A stretch of DNA of 64,000 nt from Felis catus (GCF_018350175.1 NC_058368.1:40426001-40490000); one strand, 5' to 3'; positions 38,498-52,397 are shown, numbered from the stretch's first letter. The notes: generated by a model not told the origin, from the letters alone. A program made the numbers and translations.

Positions 38498-39334
38498 TCA
38501 TGATATCTTCTTATATGATATTTACCATCCGTGTATCTTTGGTGAAATGACAAGTATTTTACTCATTTATTAAAATCACATTTTTCTTTTTACATGAAAT
38601 TTTGAGAGTACTTTATATACTCTTAAAACAAGCTTTTTATCAAATATATGATTTGCAAATATTTTCTCTTTGTCCTTGGATTGTATTTTCATCCTCTTAA
38701 CATTTTTAAAGAAGCAAAAGACTTCAATTTTGATAAAGTCCAATATAGCGAAAAAATTATGAGTTGTGCTTTTGGTGTGATAGATAAGAACTCTTGACTT
38801 AGCCAAGAATTATACAGAGTTTCTCATTTGTTTTCTTTAAGAAGTTTTGTAGTTTTAGTTTTGACTTAGATTTATGATCCATTTCAAGTTAATTTTAGTC
38901 TGTTATGTGAAATATGAATCAAGATCACTTTTTTCATATGCATATCCAGTTATTCCAGCATTATCTGTTAAAAAGGCTGTTCTCTGTTCTTCATTGAATG
39001 ACCTTTCTCATTTTCCATATCAATTGGCTATACTGCATGGCTATACTTCTGGACTCTGTATTTTGTTCCATTGATCTATATGTCTGTCCTTTATCTAAAA
39101 ACACACTGTCTTGACCAATATATCTTTATATTGTGCCTGGACATCATGAACTTGGAGTCTTCCAACTTGTTTTTGTTCTTTTGACCATTCTTACTCTGTT
39201 TCCATGCTATCTCTCTCTATTTAGGTCATGTGAGGGTTTTTTTTTTTTATCAGTGTTTCACAGTTTTCAGAATACAGATATTACCTGTATTATATGTCTT
39301 ATATCTAAACAGTTTATGTTTGGGTGGCTGCTGT

Positions 39335-39662
39335 TTAATTAGGCAAGGAGATCATTAGACTATACTGACCTTAATGCCTTATTAGCCTATATAAGCCAAC
39401 TAAATCCTAAGCCTGAAATGCCTCAAAGTTAAGAAACCAAAATTTATGAACAACCAATCACAAACCACCAATGAGTCTTTCTCAAATAAGGCATCTATCA
39501 ACTTCTAGTCAATCAGATAGTTTTATTTCTTTACTCCTGCCTTTTCTTTAGGAAACTCATGCTCCTGGTTCCTGTCTATGAAGCACTCCTAACCAATTCC
39601 CATTTGGCACTGTTGTATTGGAATAGATATTTCCTCAAATCGATCTTTCCTTAAATTTTTCA
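39335..39662 (+). mobile_element. ERV1-class solo LTR remnant inserted in L1M (MER34-like, uncertain)
   Basis: Interrupts L1 text; repeated CCAAT-like boxes (aaccaatca, accaatga, gtcaatcag). Confidence 0.55.
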
Positions 39663-40747
39663 TTATAAAATGGAGTATTTGAGAATTCAGTTTTCAATTC
39701 TTTATTGCTATTATGGAGAATTATGATTGAATTTTATACACTGGCCTTGCAATTTTGCTAAACACGTTTTATATTTCTCTAAGATTTTTGTAGATCCCTT
39801 TTCCGTATTTATCCAAAGATTCATGGAAACTGGAAAAAGAGGGAATTTTACTTCTATATTTCACATTTGTATTCCTTTAATTTTATTTCTTACCTTTTTG
39901 CACTAGCTAGTATCTCCATGAATTGTAAAATGTGAGTGGTGAGAGTAAATAAACATCATTGTGTGTTCCTGATCATCGGGGAAAACATTGAATTCTTCAC
40001 CATTAATCATGATGTTACAATGTGGACATTTCATTCTACTGCTAGTGTACAGAGAACTATTATCATAAGTGATATTGATTTTTTAACCAATTTTTCTTCT
40101 GCATCTACTAAGTATGATAATATAGTATTCCCTCTTTATTTTGTTAGCATGGTTAATTTCATTGATTTTCTAATATTGAATCAGATTTTTATTCTAATAT
40201 TAATCCTACTGAAATATTATTTAGTATTCTTTTAAATATTATAATAATTAGTGGATTTGTTTTGCTAGATTTTTTTTCTTTTATATATTTTTTATTCATT
40301 TAATTTATTGATGGGTAGTTTTTTTTTTTTCTTATATTGTCTTGTGTCTAGTATCAGTGTAATTTTGTTCAAATAAAATGAATTGGTAGAAGTTCCCTCT
40401 TATTCCATATTCTCATAGAATTTCTGTTGAATTGTTATTATACTTCCTTAAATGATTAGAATAATTCATCAGTTAAGGCATCTGATTCTGGAGATGTCTT
40501 TGTTGGAAAGCCATTAGTTAGAAATTAAATATCTTAAACCATATGATGTTTAGGTTATTTAATTGTTTTGGAGTAAGTTTTAGTGGTTTTAATTTTTTTG
40601 GAATAAACTTTAGTGGTTTGTGTTTTTACAGGAATTTGCCTATTTTATACACACCTATTGCATTTATGAGCATAGAATTGTTTGAAGCTTCCTATGAATA
40701 TTCCTTTAATATCTGAAGGTTCTGTAGAGATGTCACCTCTTTTATTT

Positions 40748-41150
40748 TGTTACATGTAGGGCAGGGAGGGTCAGAGGAAGGACCTATGGACCAGTGCCTT
40801 TGAAGGTCATGGATGGGGTAGCTTGTGGAATGTGGGAAACATTCTGATTGGCTAATTTTAGTATAACTGGATCAACATGGGAAGGAGGGGAGGGATAAAG
40901 TGGGGAATTCATGGTGAGGCTTATACTTTGAATACACATGTTGGGGATAGGTTCTCAGAAATGAGTAATGACTAGATAAAAGTTCAAAACAAGTAGGAGG
41001 GGTACAGACACTTAGGGATCTATTGAGGCAACAAGTAACAGTTTTATCTTATAGGATAGACAGTCATTCACTGTAATCACAAGTTGTATAGGACAAAAAC
41101 ATTTCTAAGGTATGGATATATGAGGAATAGACAACTAAGAGAAGGAAGTT
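40748..41150 (-). mobile_element. Possible LTR fragment
   Basis: Abrupt G-rich segment with ctgattggcta (reverse CCAAT); family not recognised. Confidence 0.3.
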
Positions 41151-41679
41151 TGAATATAACTAAAAAATATGAACCTCACTGAAGATATTTATTGCATAAG
41201 ACATTGTACTAGAAAATTACTGAAAAAAAAAAGGCTCAGAGTCCATTAAATTTTATTCTGTTAATGAATATAGAAATTACCATGGCTTACCATTCTGAGA
41301 CTTGTACTTAGTATCATGTATATCATTCCTGATAAACATGATAATTTTTTAAAAGTCCTGTAGACAAAGTCAAAACTTTATGAAAAGTAAGGAAAGGGTA
41401 AGTGGAACAATGTATGCAACATTGGGTTCCATGTCTCTTCTCATATCTGCTGAAGGTACAGCTACTGGCTAATATACCCCTAATCCTAATTCCTGCTAAC
41501 TACAGCCACCTTAACATAATAATATAATTGGCCGGGTAACATACGTTTTTCTTTTTTTTTTTTTTTTCTTCTTTTCTTTTTTTAGGGAGATTATTTCTAT
41601 AATTTGTTTTTCTTTTTTGTTTTAATTTTCCCATAAGCTTCATTTTGGTAAAAATACCTTAAACTGTATTTTTTACTGG

Positions 41680-42400
41680 AATTTTTCTAGCTCCAAAGAC
41701 TTAGAATCAGATGACTTATCATTTGATCACTACCTCCAAAGATATCTTCTCTTATGAAACCTGGGCTTCCCTTTTCAATTCTTACCTATTTTCCTAGCTT
41801 TCTGGTTTCATTTTAAGCACACTTAATTTCCTTAGCTTTCTTTTCTTCCACTGCACATGCCGTGTTACTACCTTTCATACAGTGAATCTAACCATCTGTG
41901 TTCTCTGCCCCTGCCCCCAAACTCTTGGGACATATTGGAGAAAATTACATAACTGATCTGATTAACTCTAAATCATATTTCTTGATTCAAACTCCAAACT
42001 TGTGGGAACTTCAACACTACTCACCAGTTGTATCACTTACCCCAGCTTAGTCTTTTAGTGCAGTGCTTGCTGTGAAATGCTTTATCTTCATTTCCTCTAA
42101 ACTAACCACCAACATTTCAACAGATAGTTTGCTTCATAATAAACATAGGAAAATAAAAGCACTCAGGACTGAGTTTTCTTAATACTTGTACTATGCCCTG
42201 GGTCACCTGCCTGAATATTCAATTCCCAATTATCCACCCTTTCCACTTCCTGTCTTTCATACAGATTTTCATTTCATCCATAAATCCCTTCAGTTCCCTC
42301 ATGTTTACCTTATGGTTTTACTTTTCCTCATTATTAAACATCATAAAGGAATAGTCCATGCTAACAGCCAAGTATTTTCTAACTTCTGTTTCTTCTTTGG
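41680..42400 (+). mobile_element. L2 ORF-region fragment
   Basis: Pyrimidine-rich decayed L2-like text; similar text at ~44200-44850. Confidence 0.45.
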
Positions 42401-42506
42401 CCTATGAAAAACAGATTAAATTCTACTGACAGAATTCCTAAAAGTCATTGACAAAAAAAAAAAAAAGTCATTGATAATCTATTCTATCCAGTATTTAAAA
42501 AAAAAT

Positions 42507-42712
42507 CTTTTTTAACGTTTATTTATTTTTGAGAGATAGAGTGACAGAGTATGAGAGAGGAAGGGGCAGAGAGAGAGGGAGACAGAATCCAAAGCAGGCT
42601 CCAGGCTCTGAGGTGTCAGCACAGAGTCTGACGTGGGGCTTGAACTTACAAACTGAGATCATGACCTGAGCCAAAGTAAGACACTTGACTAATTGAGTCA
42701 CCCAGGCACCCC
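42507..42712 (-). mobile_element. Can-SINE (SINEC_Fc)
   Basis: Canonical body; decayed TSD tattctatcca / tactctagcca. Confidence 0.95.
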
Positions 42713-43081
42713 TACTCTAGCCATTACTAATTTGGTAGACTTGGATTTGATGTATATAGAATTGTGATACTTTATTTTTCTTATAATTATTATAATAATT
42801 ATGAGATTTTATAAATAAATCATAATAAATAAATAAAAATAATAAATAGAAATAAATGCATATAATAATTTTAATTTAAACATCTTTATGCTAGTTTTTG
42901 AACCATATTGATTGTAATCTTATATCCTGAAACAACTAATCTTGACAGATTTTGTTTTCTTTATCTTACAAAAGAGAAAATGAGGTTAGAACCCTGTCCA
43001 ACTGTATCCATAACCAGAGTTTCTTATATTACACTGTGTTACCCCTACTCTCTCTGTCCTCTGGTTGTTTCTTTATAACTT

Positions 43082-43279
43082 CTGAAACAAGAAGGCAGAG
43101 CACTGCCTCTTTAGACCTCAGCTGGGAATGTGCACCTTAGGGTAATTTAAATTTTTCACTGCTCTGTGTTTGTCTATGAATGACCAAGAAGGGTCAGGGA
43201 GTATCAATTTTGGGGTAACAAGTAAATTTTAGCCAGTAAGCAAATTCACAAATACCAGAGTGAATAATGAGGAACTACT
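43082..43279 (-). mobile_element. TcMar-Tigger DNA transposon fragment (MER82-like)
   Basis: Reverse complement resembles the recalled MER82 start (cctcattattc...atttgtgaatttgcttactggctaaaatttacttgttaccccaaaattgatact); TA at the terminus. Confidence 0.7.
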
Positions 43280-43378
43280 ATATATCTTTTATCAGATATG
43301 TGTATAAGAATTTTTATGTGTATATACTAATTTATATTTGCTCATTTTGGGTAGTAGAAAATTACACGTACATACATA

Positions 43379-43380
<2 letters not shown>

Positions 43381-43411
<31 letters not shown>
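43381..43411. repeat. (TG)n microsatellite
   Basis: Direct reading. Confidence 0.95.
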
Positions 43412-43414
<3 letters not shown>

Positions 43415-45789
43415 ATATATGTAAGAGCATAGATTTATATATACATGAGTATGTGTATATATAGAAATATACTCATTTGGAAAATATATATTCCAGCAGA
43501 AATCACCAGGTCAGTCACTTTTTCAAAGTTCTTTCCAATATCCCTTTCTTTATAAATACCCTTTTCCTTCCATCTAACATGCCCTGTTTCTAAACTCGAG
43601 AGTTGCCACAAAAAATAGAGAAGTTTAATAATAAATATGGTTGGGCAGAGTTTACTGGGATGGAGTCATCCTCTTTTTTGTTCTGTGGCAGATTCTGCAA
43701 AACTATTGGGCCCACTGCTAATTGAACTCAGGGGTGTTAGTCTTCTGTGCCTAGGAATCAACATAAGCCTTTGGGAGCAATGGATTTGATTGTTCCGTGA
43801 GTTCTGCCTGATCTCTCATGGCTTTCGTCCATAGAAGATCAAATAAAGAATATTTCCCCACCTCTTCTGGAATCAGATTCACTCCATGAAAGTCTTCTGA
43901 GAGGCCAGAGCGATGGTCTATTTTATTTTTAGGTGAGGGCTCTTCTGAAGTCTGGCAAGCCACCCACAGATGCTTCTACCATTTGCAGTTTCTTCATGGG
44001 CCATAGAAAACATGTGGATTTTTGATGTACCAAACTTGTCAGTACATGCAGCTCAGTACTATATTTGACCTCTTTAATTCACTTTTTTCACTGTCCTGTT
44101 CTTTCATGAGATAAAAAATAAAATAAAACAAAAGCAACATGGCTGTGGGCTCTGCCTCTATGCAAATTCCCCAGAAAGGATAGGTGCCATTTTTGTGTTT
44201 CACATCTCTCCACATACTTAGTGCTCATGGAATTTAATGCATCTTTTCTCCTCATTATTGGCCAGTGCCCTAATTCAGACTCTTTACCATTTCATATAAT
44301 CAATCCATTGAAATTATTTTCTAACAGACATCTCTGTCTCTGGTTTATTCAATTCATATTTCACAGTGCTGTCAGAGTTATGTTTCAAAATACACATTTA
44401 AAGTTGTAATGTGGTGATTTAAAAGTTTTTGTAATTATTGTAATCTCAATAAATCACACATATTTGAGTGCTTATAAAATGACAGCCCATGTTTTAAGTG
44501 TCACCGATGGGTTGTCTGTGAACATTCATTTTTATATGACATAATCTAAAATTTCTAGAATAGCAATAAACACACTTCAGCATGTTTTCCCATTTAAATT
44601 TTCTGCCCTACACTTTTTAATTTCCCACAAAATTACACTGCATCTACCTATAGTTATTTGCTCTTGTGAGAAGAATGTCATGCTCTTTGTATCATTCCTT
44701 TTTTAGTCTAAAACATTCTTTCCCACTTATTCTTATGAACTGTTTTTTCCCAAGGTATACTTGCAATGCAACCTTCTCTCTGAAACTTTTCCCAATTTAC
44801 TAGCCACCGCTAGTTGCCTTTTTTACTGATACAAACAGGACTTTGTGCATAAGGAAGAAATGTATTCTTGACTTACTGGTTAATGGAACGGATTCAGTTT
44901 TATCCTCATGTATCTACCTGCTTTACTTTCAATTTTGGTAACAACATGATCGCTGAAATGTGAATGTAGGACAGAGTACTTTGAGCGAAATTGGCAAAGA
45001 ACATATCCTAGAACCAATTCAAGAACTCTTCAATCTCCTCTGTGAGACATGAGGGAGGTGGGAAGGATTTACAGAGGTTTTTGGAAATAAATACATGCTG
45101 AGAGTCTTAATTCTCTCCTCCAGAGTTGGTCAGAGACAAGCTGTGCTAGATATTAACCCTTCACAGCAAGTTTAGGGATTGTCACCTTCTTTCTCAGAGT
45201 GCTTGATATGTGTCCCCAAATTTAAGAGTGCTGTTGGTGACTGGTACATGCAATAGAAAGCTAAAATAATTGTGGCAGGAAAGTATTTGGAAGATAGAAT
45301 AGAAAACTGAATTTGGGAAATAGCTGCACAAGCAATAGAGTCAATGAATTAGTGAATAAATTCTATCTAGTAAAAGGGAGGTTCAGGAACTGCCGGCTGC
45401 CAGTTTGGGGTCATTTTGGAACCAATACAAAAGGGCAGTTCTGAGGAAGGTGAAACGTGAACAAGAAGCTGGAGTTGAACTACTATATTCCCCTAACCCA
45501 AAGAAGAAGTGTTGGTAGGAAACATTTATTGTTACTATTATAGTTGGGGTTTGTTCAGAACCCCCAGTGTCTCTGAAGGCTTATTCAGCTGACTGACTAC
45601 TGACTACTGATGCAATTTTTTCAAGAAAGAGATAATGTAGGAGGGATGGAAGTGTTGCCTATTAGCCTTTCCATTTTCTGTTCTGAAAGATACCTAAAAG
45701 TATGTTTTTTTAAATTAATATGTGCAGTTCTCAACATTGCCAATTCAGCTTCTAAGTTTATTTAGTGGGCTTTAAAAACGTATTATATT

Positions 45790-46020
45790 GGGGATCCTGG
45801 GTGTCTCACTTGGTTAAGCGTCCAACTTGGGCTCAGGTCATGATCTCATGGTTCGTGAGTTTGAACCCCAAGTCAGGCTCAGTGCTGACAGCCAGGAGCC
45901 CGGAGCCTGCTTCAGATTCTTGTCTCCCTCTCTCTTTGTCCCTTCCTGGCTCAAGCTCTGTCTCTGTCTCTCTGTCTCTCTCTCAAAAATAAATAAACAT
46001 TAAAAACATTTTTAAAAAAA
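45790..46020 (+). mobile_element. Can-SINE (SINEC_Fc)
   Basis: Canonical head, (CT)n, aataaa tail. Confidence 0.95.
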
Positions 46021-46851
46021 GAATACATTTAGCAAAAAGAATATCATAAAATAAATAAATAATTATTCTATCAAAATTTAACTGATGAATAACAAAGCCC
46101 AGTTTAAGTGTTCAGTTCTGAATTTTAAATGTATACACCCATGCAATGATTGCCATAATCAAGATAAAGACTGTTTACATCATTAAAAAAAAGATCTCTG
46201 TGCCCCTTCCCAGTCAATGCCCACTTACCCCTACATCTAAGCAAATGCTGGTGATTTCTATCACTGTAGATTAGTCTTTTTCTGAGCTCTCATATTTTTT
46301 TCTCGTCCCATTTTTTTCTCCAACCAGGTTATATGTATCCCTACTTTTTTATTTTCTTCATAATTACATTTTTTAAAATGTATACTCAGCTTAAAAATGA
46401 TCAAAATTGGTTCCTTCTTCTCAAATAGTAAAAAGGATATAGTCATTTAACTCAGCACACTATACCTCCAATATAAATTTAAAGTATTTTTCCTCATTCT
46501 TTTTTTGTTCAACTTGCAAATTAGGTATAGCAATAATTTTATCAATAATATTAGTTATTAATTATTATAATTATTTTATTTATATTATTAATTTAGTAAC
46601 AATAAACTATGTTTATAATATATTATAATTTAATATTTACATTATAATTTCATATTTCATTAGTGACAGATTTCCTAAATGTTTTCTATTCTACTCTATT
46701 CTATTTTATTCTATTCTATTTCCATTCTTATTTGCATCACATTACATATTTCTGGGATTATTTCCTCCTGTCTAAATCATGTCCTTTATAATTTCCTTCA
46801 GGAGCCTTTGGATAAAAGCACTGTTCTTTGAAAATGTTTTTATTTTGTCAT

Positions 46852-46890
46852 TTTTATTTATTTAAAAAAATTTTATAATGTTTTTTTTAT

Positions 46891-46931
<41 letters not shown>

Positions 46932-47098
46932 AAGTGGGGAAGGGCAGAGAGAGAGGGTGAGACATACAATCTGAAGCAGGCTCCAGGCTCTGAGCTGTCA
47001 GCACAGAGCCCTCCACAGGGCTTGAACTCAAGAACCACGAGATCATGACCTGAGCTGAAAAGTTGGACACTTAACTAACTGAGCCACCCAGGCATCCC
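46852..47098 (-). mobile_element. Can-SINE (SINEC_Fc)
   Basis: TSD ttttgtcat (46843-46851 / 47099-47107). Confidence 0.96.
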
Positions 47099-47419
47099 TT
47101 TTGTCATATATGTAAAAGAGAGTTTTGTGTGACATATGGTTCTTGGTTCATAGTTATTTTGTCAATTTTATACATTCTTTGGTCTTATAACTTCCATTGT
47201 TCACTGTTGGTCAATAAAGTTTCTGTTTTTTTTTTTTTTTTTTGGAAATCTATTCTTTGTCCTCTGAGTGCTTTTATAATCTCTGGTCTGAACTTTCATT
47301 TGAACTACACGTATCTTTTAATTTTTCTGTCTCAATGTCATTGTCCTTCCTAAATATGATAATTAAAGTCTTTTATCAACTTGAAATGTTTAGTGACTTC
47401 TAGAAGTCCAGTTCAGTGT

Positions 47420-47786
47420 ATATTAGATTTATTGCCTGCTCTTTGTGTCTCTTACAAATGCCTTTTTTGATTGGTCACTATTGCATTTTGAATAATTTTG
47501 TCAATTTTAATATTGATTTATTATTAGATTATTTATTTATTTTATTTATTTATTTATATTTATTATTATATATATAATATATATATTATATAATATATAT
47601 ATATTATATATATATATTGTATATATATATATTTATTATTATTTATTTATAAATAATTATTTATTTATTTATTAATTATTTATTATTAGATATTAATATT
47701 AGATTTATTGCCTGCTCTTTGTGTCTCTTACAAATGCCTTTTTTGATTGGTCACTATTGCATTTTGAATAATTTTGTCAATTTTAA
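47420..47786. repeat. Perfect 91-bp direct repeat separated by a 185-bp AT filler
   Basis: 47420-47510 is identical to 47696-47786. Confidence 0.95.
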
Positions 47787-49444
47787 ATGCTAGTTCATTA
47801 AAAAAATTCCTCTGTGTCTAAAGTAATGTGTTATCCATCATCTGAGTTATTAATTTCAGTACTACATTTCCAGATCCTTCAATTCTTTTTTGAGATCTGC
47901 TGCTAAATTTTATAATACTTAATACCTATAAAAATGAAATTTTAAAGCATTATCTATTTTCCACTCCTTTTTATTTCTTTAAATAATATTTAAACATACT
48001 GTATTTGTATTGTATTGTTTCTGAACATGCCAGTATTAAAAACATGTATGCCATCTGATTATACTCTCTCCTGTCTTCCTTTCCTGTGAATTCTGTTTCT
48101 GATTTTTGTTTTAGAACTTATTTTATTCAAAATATTATCTGAGTTGAAGGTACATACAAAAGAAGATTCTCATTTGTTTCAGCCATGTAACTATAGATTA
48201 CCAAAAACAAAATTTCAGTTTGAGGTTATTTAGACCATATTGGTAGTGGGAATTTAGGCTTCAAAAATGTAGACAGGCTGGCTTGTGGTAATGATTTTCA
48301 GAGTTTTTGTTTTTGTTTTTCCTATGATTGAGCAACACGTTTGAAACTTACAAGGTTTTTCATGCCCAGGTCATTCTAATAATAGACCCAGTTGATTCCA
48401 GATTTATACTGAGGATTGATTCAAATGGCCCAACTTGGGTGAGCACTGGGTTTTGTCATTTTTCCCTGCACCTTGTCCATAAGTAATAGAATCTCAGTAT
48501 CACCAGGGCTGGTGCATGCCTCTGGGGCCAACATTGGTTTAAATCTTTGTTTGCCTCCTTAGATTAATACTTCACTTCATATTTGGCCCTAAGGTTTTCT
48601 TGCTTTCTGGTTTTCTCAGTGTTTCAATAAAAAAGATTTTGCGATACATTTTACCACTACTTTTAGTTAGTTGGTGAAAGGTATACTCAGGGGACTTGAT
48701 GCAAGATGGGTGCAGCAGCAATTCCTTGCACACACATGATAACTTGCAAAGAAAATCCCTGTAATTTTAAATATTACAACTCTCCAGTTTTTATAAAAGA
48801 ACTCATGAAAAATACAATTTTTAATTGAATCTGTTTCTAGGCCCTATGGAATCTCATGAAAATTAGAAAAAAATAACTAAACAATTTAGAATGTTCCAGG
48901 CTTATAGATACACATGTGCAAGATATGACCTTCTTTAAATGAGTTTTTTAAAAAGTAGCCCTTCTTTGTGGATGTGACATCATATAATTTCACAAGCAGA
49001 CCTATTACTAAACCTTTTGGCTGGCAATCCTTGCACAGAACACAGTATATACACCTTGTACCTGTTGTTCACTCTTTGCACCATCAAGTACAATCAAAGG
49101 ATACTTGTATGTACATCATAGCTAATTTGGTAAAATCTTTAGATTTCCTAAAATATGTTATAAATTGATATTTATACAAAACATAATAATTTTTAACAGT
49201 GACACCTATTTATGATAATTTTTAAACTTAGATATCCTATTTTTAAGAAGAAATGCACACTTTTAGTGAATTACTGACCTTAACAAATAGTTCAGAGATT
49301 ATCTTATGCTTAGTTACTTATATAGAAACACTGAAAACTAATTTAAGATATCATGGACATTTCAAAATATTTCATTCCCCTTAGGAAGACATGAGATAAT
49401 TATACATTATATTTTTTATGGAGTTAGTATGTATTTTTGTTATT

Positions 49445-51019
49445 TTTTTTAAGTAATTAATTTATTTTTTAAATTACATCCAAGTTAGTTAGCATATAGT
49501 GCAACAATGATTTCAGGAGTAAATTCCTTAATGCCCCTTACCCATTTAGCCCATCCCCCCTCCCACAACCCCTCCAGCAACCCTCTATCTCTTCTCTATC
49601 TTTGAGAGTCTTTTATGTTTTGTCCTCCTCCCTGTTTTTATATTATTTTTGCTTCCCTTCCCTTATGCTTATCTGTTTTGTATCTTAAATTCCTCATATG
49701 AGTTAAGTCATATGATTTTTGTCTTCCTCTGACTAATTTCACTTAGCCTAATACCCTCTAGTTCCATCCACGTAGTTGCAAATGGCAAGATTTCATTTTT
49801 TTTGATTGCTATGTAATACTCCATTGTGTGTGTATGTATATACATAACACATCTTCTTTATCCATTCATCCATTGATGGACATTTGGGCTCTTTACATGC
49901 TTTGGCTATTGTCAATAGCACTGCTATAATCATTGGGGTGCATGTGCCCCTTTGAAACAACACACATGTATCCCTTGGATAAATACCTAGTAGTGCAATT
50001 GCTGGGTCGTAGGGTAGTTCTATTTTTAATTTTTGAGGAACCTCCATACTGTTCTCCAGAGTGGCTGCACCAGTTTGCATTACCACCAGCAGTGCAGAGA
50101 TCCTCTTTCTTTGCATCCTCACCAACATCTGTTGTTGTCTAGGTCGTAAATGTTAGCCATTCTGACTGGTGTGAGGTGGTATCTCATTGTGGTTTTGATT
50201 TGTATTTCCCTGATGATGAGTGATGTGGAGCATTTTTTCATGTGTCTCGCAGCCATCTGGATGTCTTCTTTGGAGAAGTGTCTATTCATGCCTTTTGCCC
50301 ATTTCTTTACTGGATTATTTGTTTTTTGGGTGTTGAGTTTGATAAGTTCTTTATCGATTTTGGATACTTACCCTTTATCTGATATGTCATTGGCAAATAT
50401 CTTCTCCTATTCTGTCAGTTGCCTTTTAGTTTTGCTGATTGTTTCCTTCGCTGTGCAGAACTTTTTATTTTGATGAGTTCCCAGTAGTTCATTTTTGCTT
50501 TTGCTTCCCTTGCCTCCGGAGACGTGTTGAGTAAGAAGTTGCTGCGGCCAAGATCAAAGAGGTTTTTGCCTGCTTTCTCCTCTAAGATTTTGATGGCTTC
50601 TTGTCTTACATTGAGGTCTTTCATCCATTTTGAGTTTATATTTGTGTATGGTGTAAGAAAAGGTCCAGGTTCATTTTTCTGCATGTCATTGTCTAGTTCT
50701 CCCAGCACCATTTGTTGAAAAGACTGTCTTTATTCCATTGGATATTCTTTCCTGCTTTGTCAAAGATTAGTTTGCCATATGTTTGTAGGTTCTCTATTCT
50801 GTTCCATTGACCTGAGTGTTTTTGTGCCAGTACCATATTGTCTTGATGACTACAGCTTTGTAATACATCTTGGAAGTCCAGGATTGTGATGCCTCCAGCT
50901 TTGGTTTTCTTTTTCAAGATTTTTTTGGCTATTTGGGGTCTTTTCTGGTTCCATACATATTTTAGGATTGTTTGTTCTAGCTCTGTGAAGAATGCTGGTG
51001 TTATTTTGATAGGGATTGC
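49445..51019 (-). mobile_element. Young felid L1 (L1_Fc-like), 5'-truncated, ~1.6 kb
   Basis: Highly similar to 35485-37016 throughout; ORF2 C-terminal remnants; no clear TSD. Confidence 0.96.
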
Positions 51020-51089
51020 TGTGATACCTTATCGTATTATACCTATCATCATATTATATCTATTTAGTATAATTATTATAGTGTAACAT

Positions 51090-51250
51090 GTAACAGTTGT
51101 GTCACCTAGAGAGATTTTATAAATTCTGTGGACCTTAGATTTTCTATCCATAAAGTAAAGTTCTAATTATGCCTCATATTGTGATTTTGAGAACTAAGTG
51201 TTAAGTATTGAATTTAAATGATCTATGATAATGTGGTACATAGAACTTAA
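51090..51250 (+). mobile_element. MIR fragment
   Basis: tgtgtcacct...ctgtggaccttagattttctatccataaagt core. Confidence 0.55.
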
Positions 51251-51837
51251 AATTTTATTTTTCCATTTTTCATTTTTATTTATGTTGCCACCTTTCATTA
51301 CAGTGGAGGAAAAAGAAGGATTTTTAAATGTGCATTGATTCTCATACATTTCTTCAAACATGGGCTACATTTTTAGGGACAGCATAAAATAATTTACCTT
51401 AGCCATTGGGAATTGAGCCTAGGAGCATACTATCTCCCTCCTAAGAGCTGGTCTATTTTATATGCAAAAACTATATGACCTGGGGCCAAAATGAACTTTT
51501 TGGCATATAGCCTCTTGGATATAGCTAGTGCTGGAAAAAGCAGCAACGACAGGTTTTTGGAGTGAGAAGGTACAACAGAGTCGGTCTCCCAAGCCCATTA
51601 AAAAAAAAAAAAAGGAAGTTAATGCAAGGGAAGAATCAAGTTCTATGTTAGAAGCAAAATTGTATTGAATAGTTGAAATTGTTAACTTTGGAAGATAGGA
51701 TTAACTAAGTTCGTTCTTACTGATCTTTGAGTTGTAAGCGTTGCTGAGGATTAAAAGCTTCTGTCATTTTATATGAAATTAACTCAAGAGACGTATGAAA
51801 ATTCTTTAGTCTTTTTAAAAGAGCTACAAGTGTTTTT

Positions 51838-51942
51838 GAGATGCCTAGGTCGTGATCTTGCATTTGTGGGACTGAGCCCCATGACAGGCTCTGAGTGCGA
51901 AGCCTGCTTAAGATACACTCTTTCTCTGTCTGCCCCTTGCCT

Positions 51943-51989
<47 letters not shown>

Positions 51990-52020
51990 AAAAATAAATA
52001 AATAAATAAGTTTTAAAAAA
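51838..52020 (+). mobile_element. Can-SINE with internal deletion of the A-box region
   Basis: gagatgcct joins directly to aggtcgtgatct; (CT)n and aataaa tail. Confidence 0.85.
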
Positions 52021-52189
52021 TTATTTAAAAATACGTTTTTATAGTTTCTCTAGACTTGATTTTAGAAAATTAATGTGCATATGTGTTAAGTGTAAATATA
52101 AATTCTTTGATTCTCAGTACTAGGAAAATGTTTATTTTACTAGACAGAAAAATAATTCTGATTATTGATTGATTGAATCAAAATAATTC

Positions 52190-52397
52190 ATTTTTTTAAG
52201 TTTGTTTATTTGGAAAGAGAGGGAGAGCATGAGTGAGGGAGGGGCAGAGAGAGAGAGAGAGAGGGAGAGAGAAAATTCCAAGTAGGCTCTGTGCTGACTG
52301 CACAGAGATGTGGAGCTCTATCCCACCAGCCATGAGATCATGACCTGACCCAAAACCAAGAGTTGGCCACTTATCCAACTGAACTACCAGGCACCCC
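52190..52397 (-). mobile_element. Can-SINE
   Basis: ccaggcacccc head, gagatcatgacctga, (GA)n. Confidence 0.92.

Larger units (their letters stand above)
37560..40750 (-). mobile_element. Old L1M (3' UTR plus ORF2 remnants)
   Basis: cagcccctggcaacaactgatctg 3' UTR motif; antisense EKIFANHIFDKKLV. Confidence 0.88.
46050..48660 (-). mobile_element. Fragmented old L1M (3' UTR piece ~46050-46300; ORF1/5' region ~46720-48660)
   Basis: ataatcaagataaagactgtttacatca...tgccccttcccagtca 3' UTR motif; T-rich antisense ORF1-like text. Confidence 0.55.

Noticed and set aside
43751..43963. 70-aa protein-like ORF on the minus strand
   Set aside because: Non-ATG start, no recognisable homology or convincing splice sites
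44850..45610. Possible ancient LTR
   Set aside because: Composition is suggestive, but I could not identify termini or a family
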